From contig NC_091475.1 of the NCBI RefSeq assembly GCF_036971445.1, positions 80,042,001 to 80,106,000 of the forward strand: DNA of 64,000 bases, given 5' to 3'. The stretch is from Narcine bancroftii (lineage: Eukaryota). The translations under genes and the position numbers were made by a program. The notes below the pieces were generated by a model. The model did not search any database, was not told where the DNA came from, and saw nothing but the letters and a program-made list of their open reading frames with translations. This document shows, piece by piece, positions 35,222-48,986 of the stretch. Every line of letters starts with the position of its first letter. The first letter of the stretch is position 1.

Positions 35222-35513
35222 TGTGGTGCGCTGTTAGACAGAATCAGATACACACAAGGTAAAGACTAAACAACAAGCTTTAATTCACAAAAACCTCCAC
35301 AGAGCCAGGCTGGCTGTGGCTGCAGCAACTCAGTGTGAGGCCTCGGGAGGCCGGCACAGGCTTATAGCCTGGTGGGTGATTGACACCCGACCGGGTGGGG
35401 CTTGATCCATTCAGGCCGACTGATTGGCAGCCGGCCAGGTGTTGTCCTGTCCCCTTACACTCCTGCAGGTACAGAGGTTGCCCCCTGCAGTAGGCTGGTG
35501 GTGTACCACCACA
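35222..35513 (-). mobile_element. Solo LTR, 292 bp, with 5-bp TSD CTGAC
   Basis: TGTGGTG...CACCACA termini; CTGAC at 35217-35221 and 35514-35518; strand inferred from a minus-strand ATTAAA. Confidence 0.9.
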
Positions 35514-35773
35514 CTGACTAGGTTGCTCTTCGGGACAGCCAGCACAGATAGGAGAATGTCCTCCTGCCGAGCTGGGCTATTCTGTGCTTCCGTGACTCCT
35601 GGTTAAATATCAGGGGACTGGCAGAGTTTCAAGGGGAGTACCTCAGCGTAGCTTCAGTCCTCATGCTTCCTCTTATTGTAATCTGATCAGGGCCCCTGAA
35701 ATACTGACGCAGCCAAGGGGATCACATGCATGAGAGCATCCCTTTAGGATTAGAGGTGCTAAAAACAGATCTC

Positions 35774-35986
35774 ATTGGGTATGATTGGCTGTGCATCAGG
35801 AAAGTCAGAAATGAGCAGCCAGTAGGATAGCACAGACCTGCCGGTAACCAATGGACGAGCATAAGACCCAATCGCAGACTTGCCGGTAACCAATGCCAGA
35901 GCATAAAACCCGCTGATAACCAGCAACATGAGCACAGACCTGCCAGTAGCCAATTTCACAACATTTGTCCTGCTGACAACCATTGG
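35774..35986. repeat. Degenerate short tandem repeat containing 7 CCAAT/ATTGG motifs
   Basis: Recurrent gcacagacctgccggtaaccaat-like units. Confidence 0.6.
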
Positions 35987-36579
35987 TGCGTGGTCAAATG
36001 TTGAGATCTTCAAGGAATACATCCCACGTCCTCTCTAAAAACTCTCTAACTCTTCCACTCCCTTTCTTCATCTCTCCTAATCAGCCTTCTCTCTCCAATA
36101 CAAAGAAATAAATGAAAACCATTACTTGCAGTTTCCTCTCCGAATCTACACTGCCCCGACTTGGACATTTATCACTGGGCCATCATCACCATTGGGTCTA
36201 AACCCTCAAATTTTCTCCCCAACAGACCTTTCCCAGAGGGAGTACAGCAGTTCTAGGAAGAAAGTTTGGACCCCACATTCTCAAGGGCAATAAGGAATGG
36301 GTAATCAATGCTGGCCTTCTCAGTGACTCCCAGATCCGCAAAAAATGATTTAAAAATGCCACCAGTGCTCCTCTCACCCTGGCCTTTTCCCTGCACAGCC
36401 TCCTTCCATTCATAACACCTACCTGGATTTTCATTGGTCAAGTGCAGTCTTTTGTTATAGGTATTTTATTCAGTAAGTGGGCCTTCAATATTTATTTTCA
36501 TTAAAGTGATGGAATCTGGTGTCTTGCAGATGCTGGTTGTTAGTGTTTCTAGAGTCATAGAGTTGTACAGCATTTAAAA

Positions 36580-37530
36580 TTTGGGCCCCTTATCTAAGGA
36601 AGGATGTGCTAACATTGGAGAGAGTCCAGATGAGGTTTACAAGAATGATCCTGAGGACAAGAGGGTGAATGTAGGAGGAGCGTTTGATGGTTCTCGGCCT
36701 GTACTAGCTGGAGTTTAGAAGGATGAGGTAGGATCTCAACGCAACATACTGAATATTGAAAGGGCTAAAGAGAGTGGAGATGTGGAGTCGATGTTTCCAG
36801 TAGTGGGAAAGTCCAGGACTAAAGGACACAGCTGCATAATAAAAGAGCATCCTTTAGAACAGAGATCAGGAGAAGTTTCTACAACCAGAGGGTGATGAAT
36901 CTGTAGAATGTAGAATCTGTAAATATCAGATGCCACAGATGCCGATGGAAGGTCAAGTCTTTGGGTAGATTTAAAGTAGAGGTTGACAGGTTGCTGAATA
37001 GTTAAGGGATCAAGGCTATGGGGAGGAGGCAGGAGAATGGGGAAAATACATCAGTCAGGGTGGTAAGGTGGAGCAAACTCAATGGGCCGAAAGACCTAAT
37101 TCTGTTCCTGACATGGTCGTAAACAGGCCTTTTGGCCCATCAGTACAATGCCAACCATCATGCCTCTCCTTACAAATCTTACTTACTTGCATTAATTCCA
37201 TATCCCTCTAAGTATTACTCATTCAAGTGACTGTCCTGATGTCTTTTAATGTTTTTACTCATCCTGCCCTCACCACCTTCTCTCGTATATTGTTCCAGAT
37301 ACCACCCAACCTTTGTGAGAACAGTGTACCCTTTTGATCTGCTTTAAACCTCCTCCCTCTCCTTTTAAGCCTTGCTCTTTAGTTTTAGATGGCTGTACCA
37401 TGGGAAACAGCCTCTGGTGAATTGCTCTGTTGCAGCCTCCCATAATTTTAGCTACCCCAATCATGTCACCTCTCAGCCTTCTTCTCTCCAGAGTCACCAC
37501 AGCCACCCAGTCTCTCCTAATAACTTTTCC
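36580..37530. mobile_element. Two CR1 3' remnants, tail-to-tail (+ to ~37120, then -)
   Basis: tgggccccttatctaaggaaggatg..ggagagagtccag; minus ORF 37270..37506 LERRRLRGDMI. Confidence 0.75.
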
Positions 37531-38248
37531 AAATTCCTGTCTGCTGTGATTTATGCTGAAATCCCACTCAACACATAATGATAATCAGTTTATTGCCTTA
37601 CACATTGTACAATGTACGTATGCATTGAGGTTCTTAACTGCTGCAGCCCAACAAGTACTTTATAAAAACAAATTAAATTGAAAAGAGATAATAAATATAA
37701 ATATTCACAGTTACCGTAATGCAAGAATAAAAGTGTCATTACAATTGTAGTGTTGGGGTAGTCCATGGTTGGCGTAACAAGGGGAGGTTCAAGAGCCTGG
37801 CAGCTGATTTGAGAGCTGGTGCTCCAGTGCAGGACTTGAGGGTGCGCTGTGTGGGCATGTCTGCAGTATGCAAAGTTAAGCTGCAGTCTCAGGTGGGAAC
37901 GAGCAGTCTCAGGGCATTGTCTGCAGAGGTGCATGACAGTTCACACAGAGCCTGAGGTTCATCCCACAATCACAGAAAAACCTAGCCGTGGCCACAGTGG
38001 CTGATGCCTAACACAGATTACGAGAAGAAGCTTCATTGGCCACAAGTGGCTTGATGCATCCTAGAAGAGATATGATTGCATTGCGATCGGCAGGTTTAGC
38101 TCACACCCTTTACAGGAAGCCAGGGCTGCTTTGGGAGTCAGAGGGATCTTGCGGCAGGTGCTGGCTGGTGGTTTGTTGGGGCTGATTGATGGGGTCTGGG
38201 AGACTGCTTCACCTCTGTGTTTTCTGTTTTCCCCCTCCTCCTCTCTAG

Positions 38249-38385
38249 TCGCCATGTACCGTGAGCCATCACTGCACGACATCGGTGAGACAGTCCTGAA
38301 GAACACAACGACTCCGAGTAAAAGCACATGTACTTCTGCTGTAATGAATGGGGGGAAACAAGTTAAAAAAAGCAAATCGACATAG
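38249..38385 (+). CDS. FGF14: Fibroblast growth factor 14, last coding exon
   Basis: Polypyrimidine tract..ctctag|TC; phase matches the previous exon (G|TC = Val); VAMYREPSLHDIGETVLKNTTTPSKSTCTSAVMNGGKQVKKSKST* resembles the human FGF14 C-terminus. Confidence 0.95.
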
Positions 38386-38794
38386 CCTGCCAGGTGTTGG
38401 AGAGGACACCTTCCTGAACCACTGCTCTGTTGGGTATTATCCCTGGCAGACTGTCGCCTTCCAATGTCTGTGAGCAAGGAGAGACAGTGACCTCTTGCTC
38501 TTCACAGTCTTTGACTATCTCATTGCAAGTGGATAAATCCCAATGCGTAGCTCCTCCTGCAACAAGAAACCTGGATAATTCAGATCATGGATGTCCTACC
38601 CAGATACTGGATGAATGCCTTGTACCTGTTTCCTGTTAACTGTGACACTCCATGAGAATGATCTATCTCACAACCATTCTCGGTGCATTGCCTGCTGACC
38701 AATGAAAAGGGGTCCAGTTCTGGAGGAGGCTTGCTCGCTGTCGGCAGCTGGATCTCAGACCATTGCTGTAAATCTCTGCTTGTTCAGGAACAAG

Positions 38795-38795
<1 letters not shown>

Positions 38796-38830
<35 letters not shown>
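38796..38830. repeat. (TC)n microsatellite within a longer pyrimidine tract
   Basis: Direct reading of the sequence. Confidence 0.9.
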
Positions 38831-38832
<2 letters not shown>

Positions 38833-41577
38833 CTCTCCCCTCTTTCCCCTCTCCCTCTCTTTCCTCTCCCTCTTTCATATCCCTCTCGCCTTGTCTTTCT
38901 TCCTCTCTTTCTTCCCCCTCTGTCTGTCTGTCTGCCAGACTTTCTTTCTGTCTCTCACCCACTCTCACTTTCTTTTTGCTTTTTCATACTTAAATGCTCT
39001 GTTAACCTTTTACTCCCACAGAGACCTGCTGCATGGTTTTTTTTGCCATTAAAGAGCTGGTGGGGCGGGGGGGTGGGCCACTGAAAGAGCCACCGCAATA
39101 TGAATTGGAACTGCAAACCATTCACTAGGCTCACAGAAATCTTGGGGAGTGTTGTCACCAGTGAGAGCTGGTGTACCAGCCAGTGAATGAGGTTGCACAC
39201 GGGCTGATAAATTGTGCTTCAGCTGTTGAGGTTGATCTTGGGCAGTAGGAGGGAGTGTAACAGATCTCTCCGCCATCTGCTCCCTGGGATCTACCCATAC
39301 GTGGAAGTGCTGTCACTTGCCTCGTTCAATGAGTGCTGCCCTGCCATGAAATCTTGGGCTGCCTACATACCCTCCCTGCCCAGTCTGCAACCTTTAGGGA
39401 AGCACCCTCTCTGAGCTTTGCCCCTTTTAGATGAGCCTGGCTTCCAATCACGTTGAGCCCAGGAGATCCAAACTGCGAGCTCTGTCCATGGTGGAAAGCA
39501 TGCCCCAGGGCTGTCTTTTTGGTCCTGGCTAGCCTTCCACAGTGATGTCCCAGAACATGCCTCCTTGGGAAGAAGGGGAGGTGACAGGGCAAGTTGCTAT
39601 GGGGAATAACCAGGAGAGAGTTTGTCTTTTTCCGTGAAGCTTGGCGGGTGGTGCCTGCTCACTGTGCTTAATGAGCCATCCACTTCTAGGCAGCAGCCAA
39701 TCCTTCCCAGCTGCTGAGGAGAAGGTGATTCACTTGGCCACCAAGCATTTCCAAATGGAGTCCCAGTGGAAGAGGAGATGATTGCTACACTTCATTCAAT
39801 CCTCAATTAATTCAGTTATTTATATTATCACAAAAATGCAAGAAAGCTGGATTTCATTTGAATGTATATGATCCTCCAAATTCCTGTTCCAAATTCTCTT
39901 GTAGAGAAGTGAAAATTAACTAATTGAAAAGACCCAAAACTGTTCTTGTCTGTGTTACTCTGGTTAGATTATGTTGAAAGTTTAGGACCTAACAAAATAA
40001 GACTTAATTATTTAACTCTTGCAGTAAGCTTAACGTGCATTAGATTTTGTTTGGTTAATTATTTGTTCTACCCCAATTCTATCAAATGCTAAGTGCTTTA
40101 TTCTGAAGAAAAAGTAGCAACGTTCTTAATTACCTCAAAGGGTTAGCAAGTTGGGTAAAATGGCAAAAATAACATTAATCCAGAACGGCTAGCCAAGCAA
40201 AGCAAAGTGAAATCTTTGACAATACAACACACACCATGACAATATCACATAACTGAAATTACAAACAGTCCCACACAACAAAACTAAAGATTCAATAGTC
40301 AAATCAAAATTACTTTAAACATGTTTACGACCAGCACTGCCTCAGAACAAAGACGAGAGTCGTGAAATTCATGGCCCAGTGGATATCATTTATTACTAAT
40401 GGAACACATTTCAATATAGCGGAAATCATAAAAGATGTGTTTTGGCTGGGAGAAAAAATTCACATACCGAGTTCATTTGAAAATAGGAAGGTCATGGGTG
40501 TGCTGCACTGTGAGTTTTCATCATATCAGAGAGGTAACTTCATTTAGGGTCCAGAAAAATGATGAATAGGACTTTATAAACATGAACTCTGGAAGGTAAA
40601 CGTTGAGCTAATTGAAGCCATTCTGTCAGCTCTCAACCTTTTAATTGTTGAGCCCAGTACTGCAACTATTCTCAATCCCTTGTCATGTTTACTGTCGTAT
40701 AGATGGTTCAAGCATTGTTGCATTACAAGGACTTTTGTCAAGCTGCAGGTTTCATAGTTCTTACAAGCTTGGAAACTATTTAGTAATTCAGTAAGTCAAA
40801 TATTTCTGATTTATTTTATGAACTCTAATTTCTGCAGATTGGAAATGCCGCAATGCTCTGCTAGGCTGCTAATGTATGACACCTGATCACTTTCAGCAAG
40901 TTCGATCTCATTGGTTTGTTCCAATGAAGGAAACTAGATTTGTGTTGATTTCCTCTTTTTTAAATAAAAACAATGTAGAGAAAAAAGGTTTAAGCACATC
41001 GGCCACCTTCAGGGTCTCTGCAATGAACAAATTAAATGCCATGGGTAATAAAGACCTATGAGTACGAGTACGTTTGATTATAAACTGAGGTTAGGCAAGT
41101 GTTTCTAAAGACAACATACAGCGTGCAGAGTTCGACAGTGGACCCTATGGAATGACCCTTGCAAACCAGTTGACTGGTTAAACCTAGGCTGAATTTATTT
41201 TTGTAAATGTCAATGAGCATCTGATTGTTAACCCCTTTTGTGTTTCTTTTACTCCTTGATTGTTTTATGAGTTGTTCGTAAGTGTTTATTCCAAATGAAT
41301 GGTTGTCCTCGACAAGCTAATTCTTATCACATTTTAAGACACAATGGAGCAGAGGGATAGTTTATTCTTTCTGCCTTTGTTACTATTTTGTCTCTTGTCT
41401 CATATGTTGCATGGGATGAGGGGTGACAATGATCAAACAGAACTGCATGGTTGTAAGTGTCAAGAACTGTTGGTATGTATTACTAAATTTACATACATAT
41501 ATGCAAAAAAGAGTTTGTCTGCATTGTACAGTTTAAATGTTTATTATCATTTGTTGTACACACAATACAACATATTG

Positions 41578-41583
41578 AATAAA
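41578..41583 (+). terminator. Candidate FGF14 polyadenylation signal
   Basis: AATAAA with upstream TGTA motifs and GT-rich sequence downstream; alternative AATAAA at 40963 and 41047. Confidence 0.55.
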
Positions 41584-41854
41584 ATATTTATATGAAGATA
41601 CTCCTCGATTGTGGCCCATACATACACTTCGTGGCAGTGTGCAGTGAGTGTGGTTTACCCAGCAGAGATGAGGCTCTATTAATTGTCAGCTTCTTCCACT
41701 TTGAGCTTGCTTTTCTCTCGTGAATTTCAGGGCTTAAGAGCATGTGGTGGGACTATCCACAAATCCTTCACTGCTGGATGTGTGAAAGTTGTTCCACAGA
41801 GCTTTGTAGCCTGCAAGATTTGTACATAAAGGAAAATGGGACACTTCTCAAAAG

Positions 41855-42960
41855 TTTTACGGCATGGAGAAAAGGGCAGATGACATGAAGGTAGGAGGTG
41901 TTGTGGATAGCGCTAAAGGTTGTTGAATGTTACAACAGGATATAGACAGGATGCAGAGTTGGGCAGACTCTGTTGGGCAAATGGTTAAGTGTGAAGTGAT
42001 GCACTTTAGAAGGTCGGTGTGAAGGCCACGTAAATTATTAATGGCAGGATTCTTAACAGTGTGGAAGAACAGAAGGACCTTGGTGTCCAGATCCATAGAT
42101 CGAGGTCGGCGTGGTTAAAAAGGCATATGATATGCTGTCCTTCATTAGTCAAGAGGTTGAGTTCAAGAGCCACGAGGTAATGTTAGAGCTCTATAAAATT
42201 CTGGTTAGACCACACTTGGAGTATTATGCTCAGTTCTGGTTGTTTCATTACAGAAAGGATGCAAAAGCTTTAGAGAGGGTGCAGGGAGATTTTCAATGCA
42301 CAATAGTGCTGGAGAAACTCACCAGGTCACACAGCATCTAAAGGAAATAAAGAGTAACCAACATTTCAGGCCTAAGCCCTTGGGTGGCACAGTTAGTGTA
42401 GCAGTTAGAGCAGTGCTGTTACAGTGTGAGCGACCAGGGTTTGAATCCGGCATTGTCTGTGAGGAATCTCCTGTGTCTGACTGGGTTTCCTCCCATCGTT
42501 CAAAACATACCGGGGTTGTAAGTCAATTGGGTATAATTGGGCAGCATGAGCTCATGGTCCAAAAGAGCCAAGTCTGTATGTCTAAATTTAAATATATAAT
42601 TTAACATGTTTAGAAATAAGCCTGATAGAGCTAGGGCTTTTCTTTTTGGAGTGGCTAAGATTGAGAGGTGACTTAATAGAGGTCTGGATAAGGTGAACAG
42701 CCATCACCTTTTTCCCTGAGATGGCAATAGCAAATACCAGAGGAGATCTATTTAAAGTGAGTGGAGGAAAGTTTAGGGGAGATGAGAGAACCTGGAATCC
42801 ATTGTTGGGGTGGAACATTCAAAAGTCTCTTAGATAGGCACATGGATGTAAGTAAAATAGAAGGTTATGGGTCTGAGGTAGTGAAGGATAGTGTAGGCTT
42901 ACATAGATCAGTTCAACATCATGTTCTGAAGAGCCTGTACTGTGGTGTATTTTTCTGTTC
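41855..42960 (+). mobile_element. CR1 remnant with nested Penelope-like end (~42295-42380) and SINE (~42383-42590)
   Basis: ORF 42111..42341 LYKILVRPHLEYYAQFW..LERVQ; SINE and Penelope-like cores recognisable. Confidence 0.75.
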
Positions 42961-43619
42961 TCAAGAAAATCATTATACGCTGAGCCTGAGACGTCACTCT
43001 TGAATTAGGATCAGTTGCTGATCATTTCCACGTGGGAACCAGGCAGATTCGTATTTCACCGTGGTCAAAAATAAAACCCATCTATACTGGGAAACTGGCT
43101 GGTGTTTGACTAGGTATAAACATTCGATTGTGCCTGATGTCTAACAATACCAATCGGTGCTTAATACTGAAAGCAACATTGTCTAAAACAAACCTGGGTC
43201 TTAAGGAAGCCTCTCTACCATGGCAGGGTCATCTTCTTGGGCTTGTTCTCTGAGGCCATATGTTCCAGCCTATCATGGCATCTATGGACCATTAATTTAT
43301 TCTGAAACCTGGCATCAGTAACCACGGTTAACATGGCCCCTCATCCAGACTGGCTGATTTGTGACTCCAAGCTGACAGCAATTTAACTGTCCTTTAACAA
43401 AAGGAATCACAGTGGCCCGAGCTGTTGTCTCGGCTCCCAAGCCTCCCACACTGTCAGGTGGTGTTTGAACGTCCTCCCTATGACTGTATAAATTTTCACC
43501 AGGACCCTCTGGTTTCCTACCACGTCCTACAGGCGCAAGGATTGGCTGACGTAAATTGCCCCTAATGTGGCAGGAGAAGCAGGCTTTGAAATGGCAGATG
43601 AGAGAGAATAAGTTCTGGG

Positions 43620-45380
43620 CAAATAGGTACATAGGAAATAGGAGCAGGAGTCAGCCATCTGGCCTGTCAAGCCTGTTTCACCATTTAATATGATCATGGC
43701 TGATCTGGACGTGGACTCGGCTATCTACCTTATCCCCAGAACCCTTAATTCCCCTGTTGTGCAAAAGTGTGCTTGACGTGTCTTCAATATATTTAATGTG
43801 ATACACACTACTGCTGTCTTGGGCAGGGAATTCAACAGAATTACCACTCTGGGAGAAGCAGTTCCTCCTCATTTCATCCTAAATCTACTCTAATGTTGAG
43901 GCTATGTCCCATCATTCTTGTCTCCCCTACCAGTGGGAACAATCTTCCTCTCTCTATCTAATTTATCCCTTTCATAATTTCACATGTTTCGACAAGTTCC
44001 CTTCTCATGCTTCTGAATTTAAGCGGGTATCATCCCAAGCAAGTTGAACTCATAGGCCGAACCCCTCTTCTCCAGAATTAACCTAGTGAATCCCCTCTAC
44101 ACCACCTCCAAAGTCGGTGCATCTTTTGTCAAATAAGGAGACCAGATCAGCACACAGCACTCTAGATCCGGCCTCATCAGCACCCTGTACAGTTGAAGCA
44201 GAACATACCTGCTATTCATTTCAAACATTGCACTCCATCTACCAGACCCTTGCCCACTCACTGAACCTATCCACATCTCTGCAGACTCTCTTGTCCTCTG
44301 CACAATTTGGTTTTCCACTCGTCATCAACAAAACCAAGACACACTACACTCGATCCCCTCTTCCATATTATTAATGTACATTGTGAACAGAGGCGTGCCC
44401 AGCACTGATCCATGTGGCACTCAGCTCTCCACTGATCGCCAACCAGAAAAGCACCCATTCACCCAAAGTCTCTACCTCCTATTTGTTAACCAATTCTCTA
44501 TCTGTGCTAATGCATTATCCCCCAACTCCATGCATCATTATCTTATTCAGACATATTTTATGCGGCACCTTCTTGAAATTAAAGTATACAACATCCATCT
44601 GTTCACCTCTGTCTGCTGTTCTTATTATATCCTCAATGTAAAATTGTCAAACACACCCTGCAGCCCTTTCTTCATCCATCTCCCAGATGGAACAATTTCT
44701 ATCCAGATATCTCGCCATTTTTTCCTTGATGGCCTCAAGCATTTTCTCGACTGCAAGTGTTAGGCTATCTGGCCATTAGTTACCTGCCTTTTGCAAATGT
44801 CATTGTGGTGTGACATTTGCTATCTTCCAATCCCCTGAGAAATCCCCAGGATCCAGAGCAGAAACACATCCATTATAACTTCAGTCATTTCTTTCAGCCC
44901 CCAGGATACATTTCAACAGCTCCAGAGAACTTATCTACTTTTAACCCCACTGGTTGGTCAGCACTACCTCATCTCCCATCACATCCACAACATCTCACAC
45001 TCTGTTATGTTAGATAGGACTTCTTCTGTGAAAACCAGAATAATCATTTCAGATCTTTACTATTTCCACATTACCCATTAATAATTCTCCCATCTAATCT
45101 TCCAAAGGATCTATGTTCCCTTTAGCCACCATTTTCTGCTTTATATAATTATAAAATCTCTTTTACTGTCTATTTTATATTTTGTGCTAGTTTATTTTCA
45201 TAATCTATCTTGGCTTTCTTAATTGCTTCATGGTTCTTTTTAAAGTTTTTCCAAACTTCCGGTGTCCCACTCCTCTTGGTGACTTTGCATGTATGAGCTT
45301 TTAATTTAATGCCTTTATTTCCTTGGTTATCCAAGGCTGACTCTCCTTGCCCTTATTGCCCTTGCTTTTAACTGGGTCAT
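43620..45380 (-). mobile_element. Old CR1 LINE remnant
   Basis: Minus ORFs LLQLYRVLMRPDLECCV.IWSPY, RRNCFSQ; gtgccacatggatcagtgctggg (VP.GSVLG). Confidence 0.8.
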
Positions 45381-45479
45381 GCTTTTATCTCTCATCCCTC
45401 ATTCTCATTCCCTCTCCTTACTTGATTCCATTCTATTCCACTCATATTTTCCCTACAGGATTCTACATCTTCTTTACCC

Positions 45480-45860
45480 CTCTCCTCATCTTCAGTTCCA
45501 TCTGGAATTTCATCATACAATTATTGTCATTTTCTAATTGGATTCCAACACTGGCAGCCTTTGTCCCTACCTATCACCCATCCCACCACGTGACTCATCT
45601 TCATCCACCTCAACCTTTTCATTTCCTCTTGCATCTCTCTCCCTTTGGCACCTATCTATCAGCCACCTCTGTTCATCACCCTCCACTCTCCCTGTTGTCT
45701 CCATTGGTCCCTGTCCAAACCCCTCCCACCTTATCCTTATTATATTGCCCATCTCTGCTCTTTTGACTAAGGGTTCCAAACAAATCATTCCTTTTCTCCC
45801 ACTGATGCTGCTCAACCCATTGAGTTCCTTCAGCAGTGTGGGCATTGCTCCAGATTTAGA
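45480..45860 (+). mobile_element. Penelope-like 3' region, degenerate
   Basis: Pyrimidine-rich tract followed by tgactaagggttcc..gatgctgctcaacccattgagttccttcagc. Confidence 0.55.
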
Positions 45861-46194
45861 TACCTGGAAATGATCAATTAGAACTTTATATCAGGTCATG
45901 CCACACAGTATCAGGAGGTGGCCACTTAGTTCCCTTTGCCTGTCAGACATTCAATAACTAATGATCCGCTATGCAGCTGTTTAGCTCAGAGAAATGCCAG
46001 GTTCAAGTCCTTGTCCAACACCTCAATGCCAATGTCTAGACCCACACTTTCTTTACACTGCACCTGAATACAATCTCCACAAGGGCATGTGAATGTCACC
46101 GCCTGGACACCCCAAAGGCACAACTAAGGAATGTGATGGTCCTCTCTTCTCTTAACAGGACTGGTACCACTCCGACAACACCACTCACTAACCA

Positions 46195-47185
46195 GATTTC
46201 TGATTTATTGACAGAGTACATACATGACATCACATACAACACTGGGGTTCCTTTTTCCTTCAGGCATGGCAGAATTATCACTTAATGGTAGAGCAAAAAT
46301 AAACTGTACACAGCGTAAACATGTAAACAAATAAAAGAACTGTAAAGAGATAATGAATGTAAACAAACTGACTGTGCAATAGAGAGAGAACAAAAAGAAA
46401 ATCAATCAATAAAGTGCTTAAGTAAATTTAAATGAGTTCCTGATTGAGTTTGTTGTTGAGGAGTCTGATGGTGGAGGGGGAGCAGCTGTTCCTGAACCTG
46501 GTGGTGCAGGTCTTGTAGGACCTAAACTGCATTTCTTTCCTGATGCCACCAGTGAGAACAGAGCATGTGCTGGGTGGTGAGGGTCTCTGATGATTGCTGC
46601 TATCCTCCAATGGCAGTGTTCCCTGTAGATGTATTCAATAGTGTGGAGGGTTTTGCCTGTAATGTCCTGGGCTGTGTCCGCTACCTTTTGGAGGGCTTTA
46701 CACTCAGGTGTATTGGTGTTCCCATACCAGACCATGATGCAGCTGGTCAGCACACATTCCTCTGTAGAAATTTGCCAGGGTTTCTGGTCTCATACCAAAC
46801 CTCTGCAAACTCCTGAGGAAATCAAGGCGCTAACGTGCTTTCTTCATGAATCCATTGGTGTGTTGGGTCCAGGAAAGATCCTCCAAGATAGTGACTCCCA
46901 AGAACCTAAATTTGCTCATCCTCTCCACTTCTGATCCCCCAATGATCACTGGATTGTACACCTCTGGTTTTCCTTTCCTGAAGTCAACAATCAGCTCCTT
47001 AGTTTTGGTGGCATTGACTGCAAGGTTGTTGTTGGTGCATCTTTCAGCCAAATTTTCAATCTCCTTCCTGTGTGCTGACTCATTGTCTTTCTTTATACAA
47101 CCCACTACCATGGTATCGTCAGCAAATTTGTAGATGGTGTTATTGTCGTACTGAGCCACACAGTCGTAGATGTAAAGTGAGTACC
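46195..47185 (-). mobile_element. Rex1/Babar-like LINE, 5'-truncated, with tail
   Basis: ORF 46830..47159 YKFADDTMVVG..KTKELIVDFRK..FRFLG; ORF 46418..46753; (tctgaaa) tail after gtcaataaa. Confidence 0.9.
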
Positions 47186-48986
47186 ATTCTTGATTGGCAC
47201 CTCATCCACTACCCTGATCCTTCACTCCAACTGGAGTGAAGCCTGTGATTACTCACTCAGGCTTCTCCCACAGCACCTCCCACCAGGTGAAGAGGTACCT
47301 TACTGTATGTACCAGGTGAAGCCAGGTGAAGAGGAGCACCACCACCTGAGGTTCCTCTCCATATTGCCAGTCCATCCATTATCACTGGGTATAAATCTCG
47401 AGCCTCTCTTCCAATGGCAGACAGACTGCAACAGTTCAATGCCTGTATTCTGAAAGTTAATATTTATTAATAGGAGCTCTATCATTCAGACACGTGTCAT
47501 AGTTCCCATGGGTTCACTTCACTATTAGTATTCCTCAGGCTAATTTTTATCTCTCAAACAACAGCAAATGTTCTGGTCTTTATCATCTCTCTATATGCTG
47601 CAATTCCAACATTACATCAGAAACTGGACATAAGTATTTCATTGGTTGTAAATGGATTATGACTTCAAAAGAACCATATTTTGGAAACAGATAATTTTCA
47701 TTCCTTCTCCCCTTATCAGGCAGAATCCTACAATTTTCAGGAAACAATCAACCTCTGCTTCGATTATACACAATAATTAGGCCACCAAATAAAAAATAAA
47801 AAAAATAACTAGGCCACCCACAGCTCCCCAAGATATAAAACTTCAGGCATCCCAGTCCTTCAGGATAGAGAATTCCAGGGATTCACAATCCTTCGGTATA
47901 GAGAATTCCAAGGTTCACCATATCTCATGGATAGGGGATTCCATTCATCTGTGCTTCTAAGGATGAAGAATTCCCCATATTCATCATATGTAGGTTTTGG
48001 CAATTCCGAGGATCCCCAGCTTTGGGAATTGGACATTTTATAGATCCCCAGCTTTACTCCAGAGATCCCAGTACACTTTGTCCATTCCTGGAAGTATGAG
48101 TGAGGGGGAAGAGATTTAACAGAAACATGAGTGGTAACATTTTTACACAGAAGGTGGTAGGTGTATGGAACGGGCTGCCAGAGGAGGTGGTTGAGGCATG
48201 AACCATCGCAATGATTAAGACACATTTGGACAGAGGCATGGACAGAATGGGTTTGGATGAATATGTGATAAGTGTGGGCAGGACATTTTGGTTGGCATCA
48301 GCAAGTTGGGCTGAAAGGCCTGTTCCACGCTCTATGAAGTGGTATACAGACAGATGGGGTGGGCAATGGGAAGGCCTCTAAAATGAATATAAATAGATAT
48401 TAACAAATAGAAAAAATCTATTCATGGGCTTGGCTGGGTTAGAAGGAACACTTCTCTCAAAGACCCAGTACATTGTGCACCTCGGCACAGGTACCAAGCT
48501 CTATGAGCCCACACCTCCCTCCAGTGTAAAGTCCTTTCCAGGAGGCATTAGACAGGGAGGTAGATTTGATCCATATGGGGAAGTGTAAAACCTGGCAATG
48601 AGAAGGTGATCTTCATAAAAGGCCAACATGTCTGTACCTGAATACAGCAGAAGCCAGGTCATCACAGTTCATCACCGGGGTTACTGACTCCTCATCCACT
48701 TCCAGATGAAGGGAACTAATGGAAAATCTATTTTTAAATTCATTTGATGTGGTCTTCTCAGGCTGAGCCAGCATCTAATTGCCCATCCCTAATTGCTCTT
48801 GATAAGATGCAGGGGAGGTGCCTTCTTGAATATCCACAGTCTTTTAGGTGATGGTGAACCACAAAGTGGTTTGAGATGGAATTCCAGGAATCCCAGTGAT
48901 GGCAAAGGGAGTTCCAGTTCATTATCATCTGACTGTACATTTACAACCAGACAAAACAGCATTTCTCTAGAACTAGGGGTGGGTAA

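Larger units (their letters stand above)
38386..41600 (+). other. FGF14: Putative FGF14 3'UTR
   Basis: No recognisable interspersed repeats from the stop codon to the AATAAA cluster; extent is inferred. Confidence 0.6.

Noticed and set aside
38131-38248. N-terminal part of ORF 38131..38385
   Set aside because: Intron and polypyrimidine tract upstream of the acceptor
38663-39084. Low-complexity ORFs (ERERE, LSLSL)
   Set aside because: Translation of the TC microsatellite
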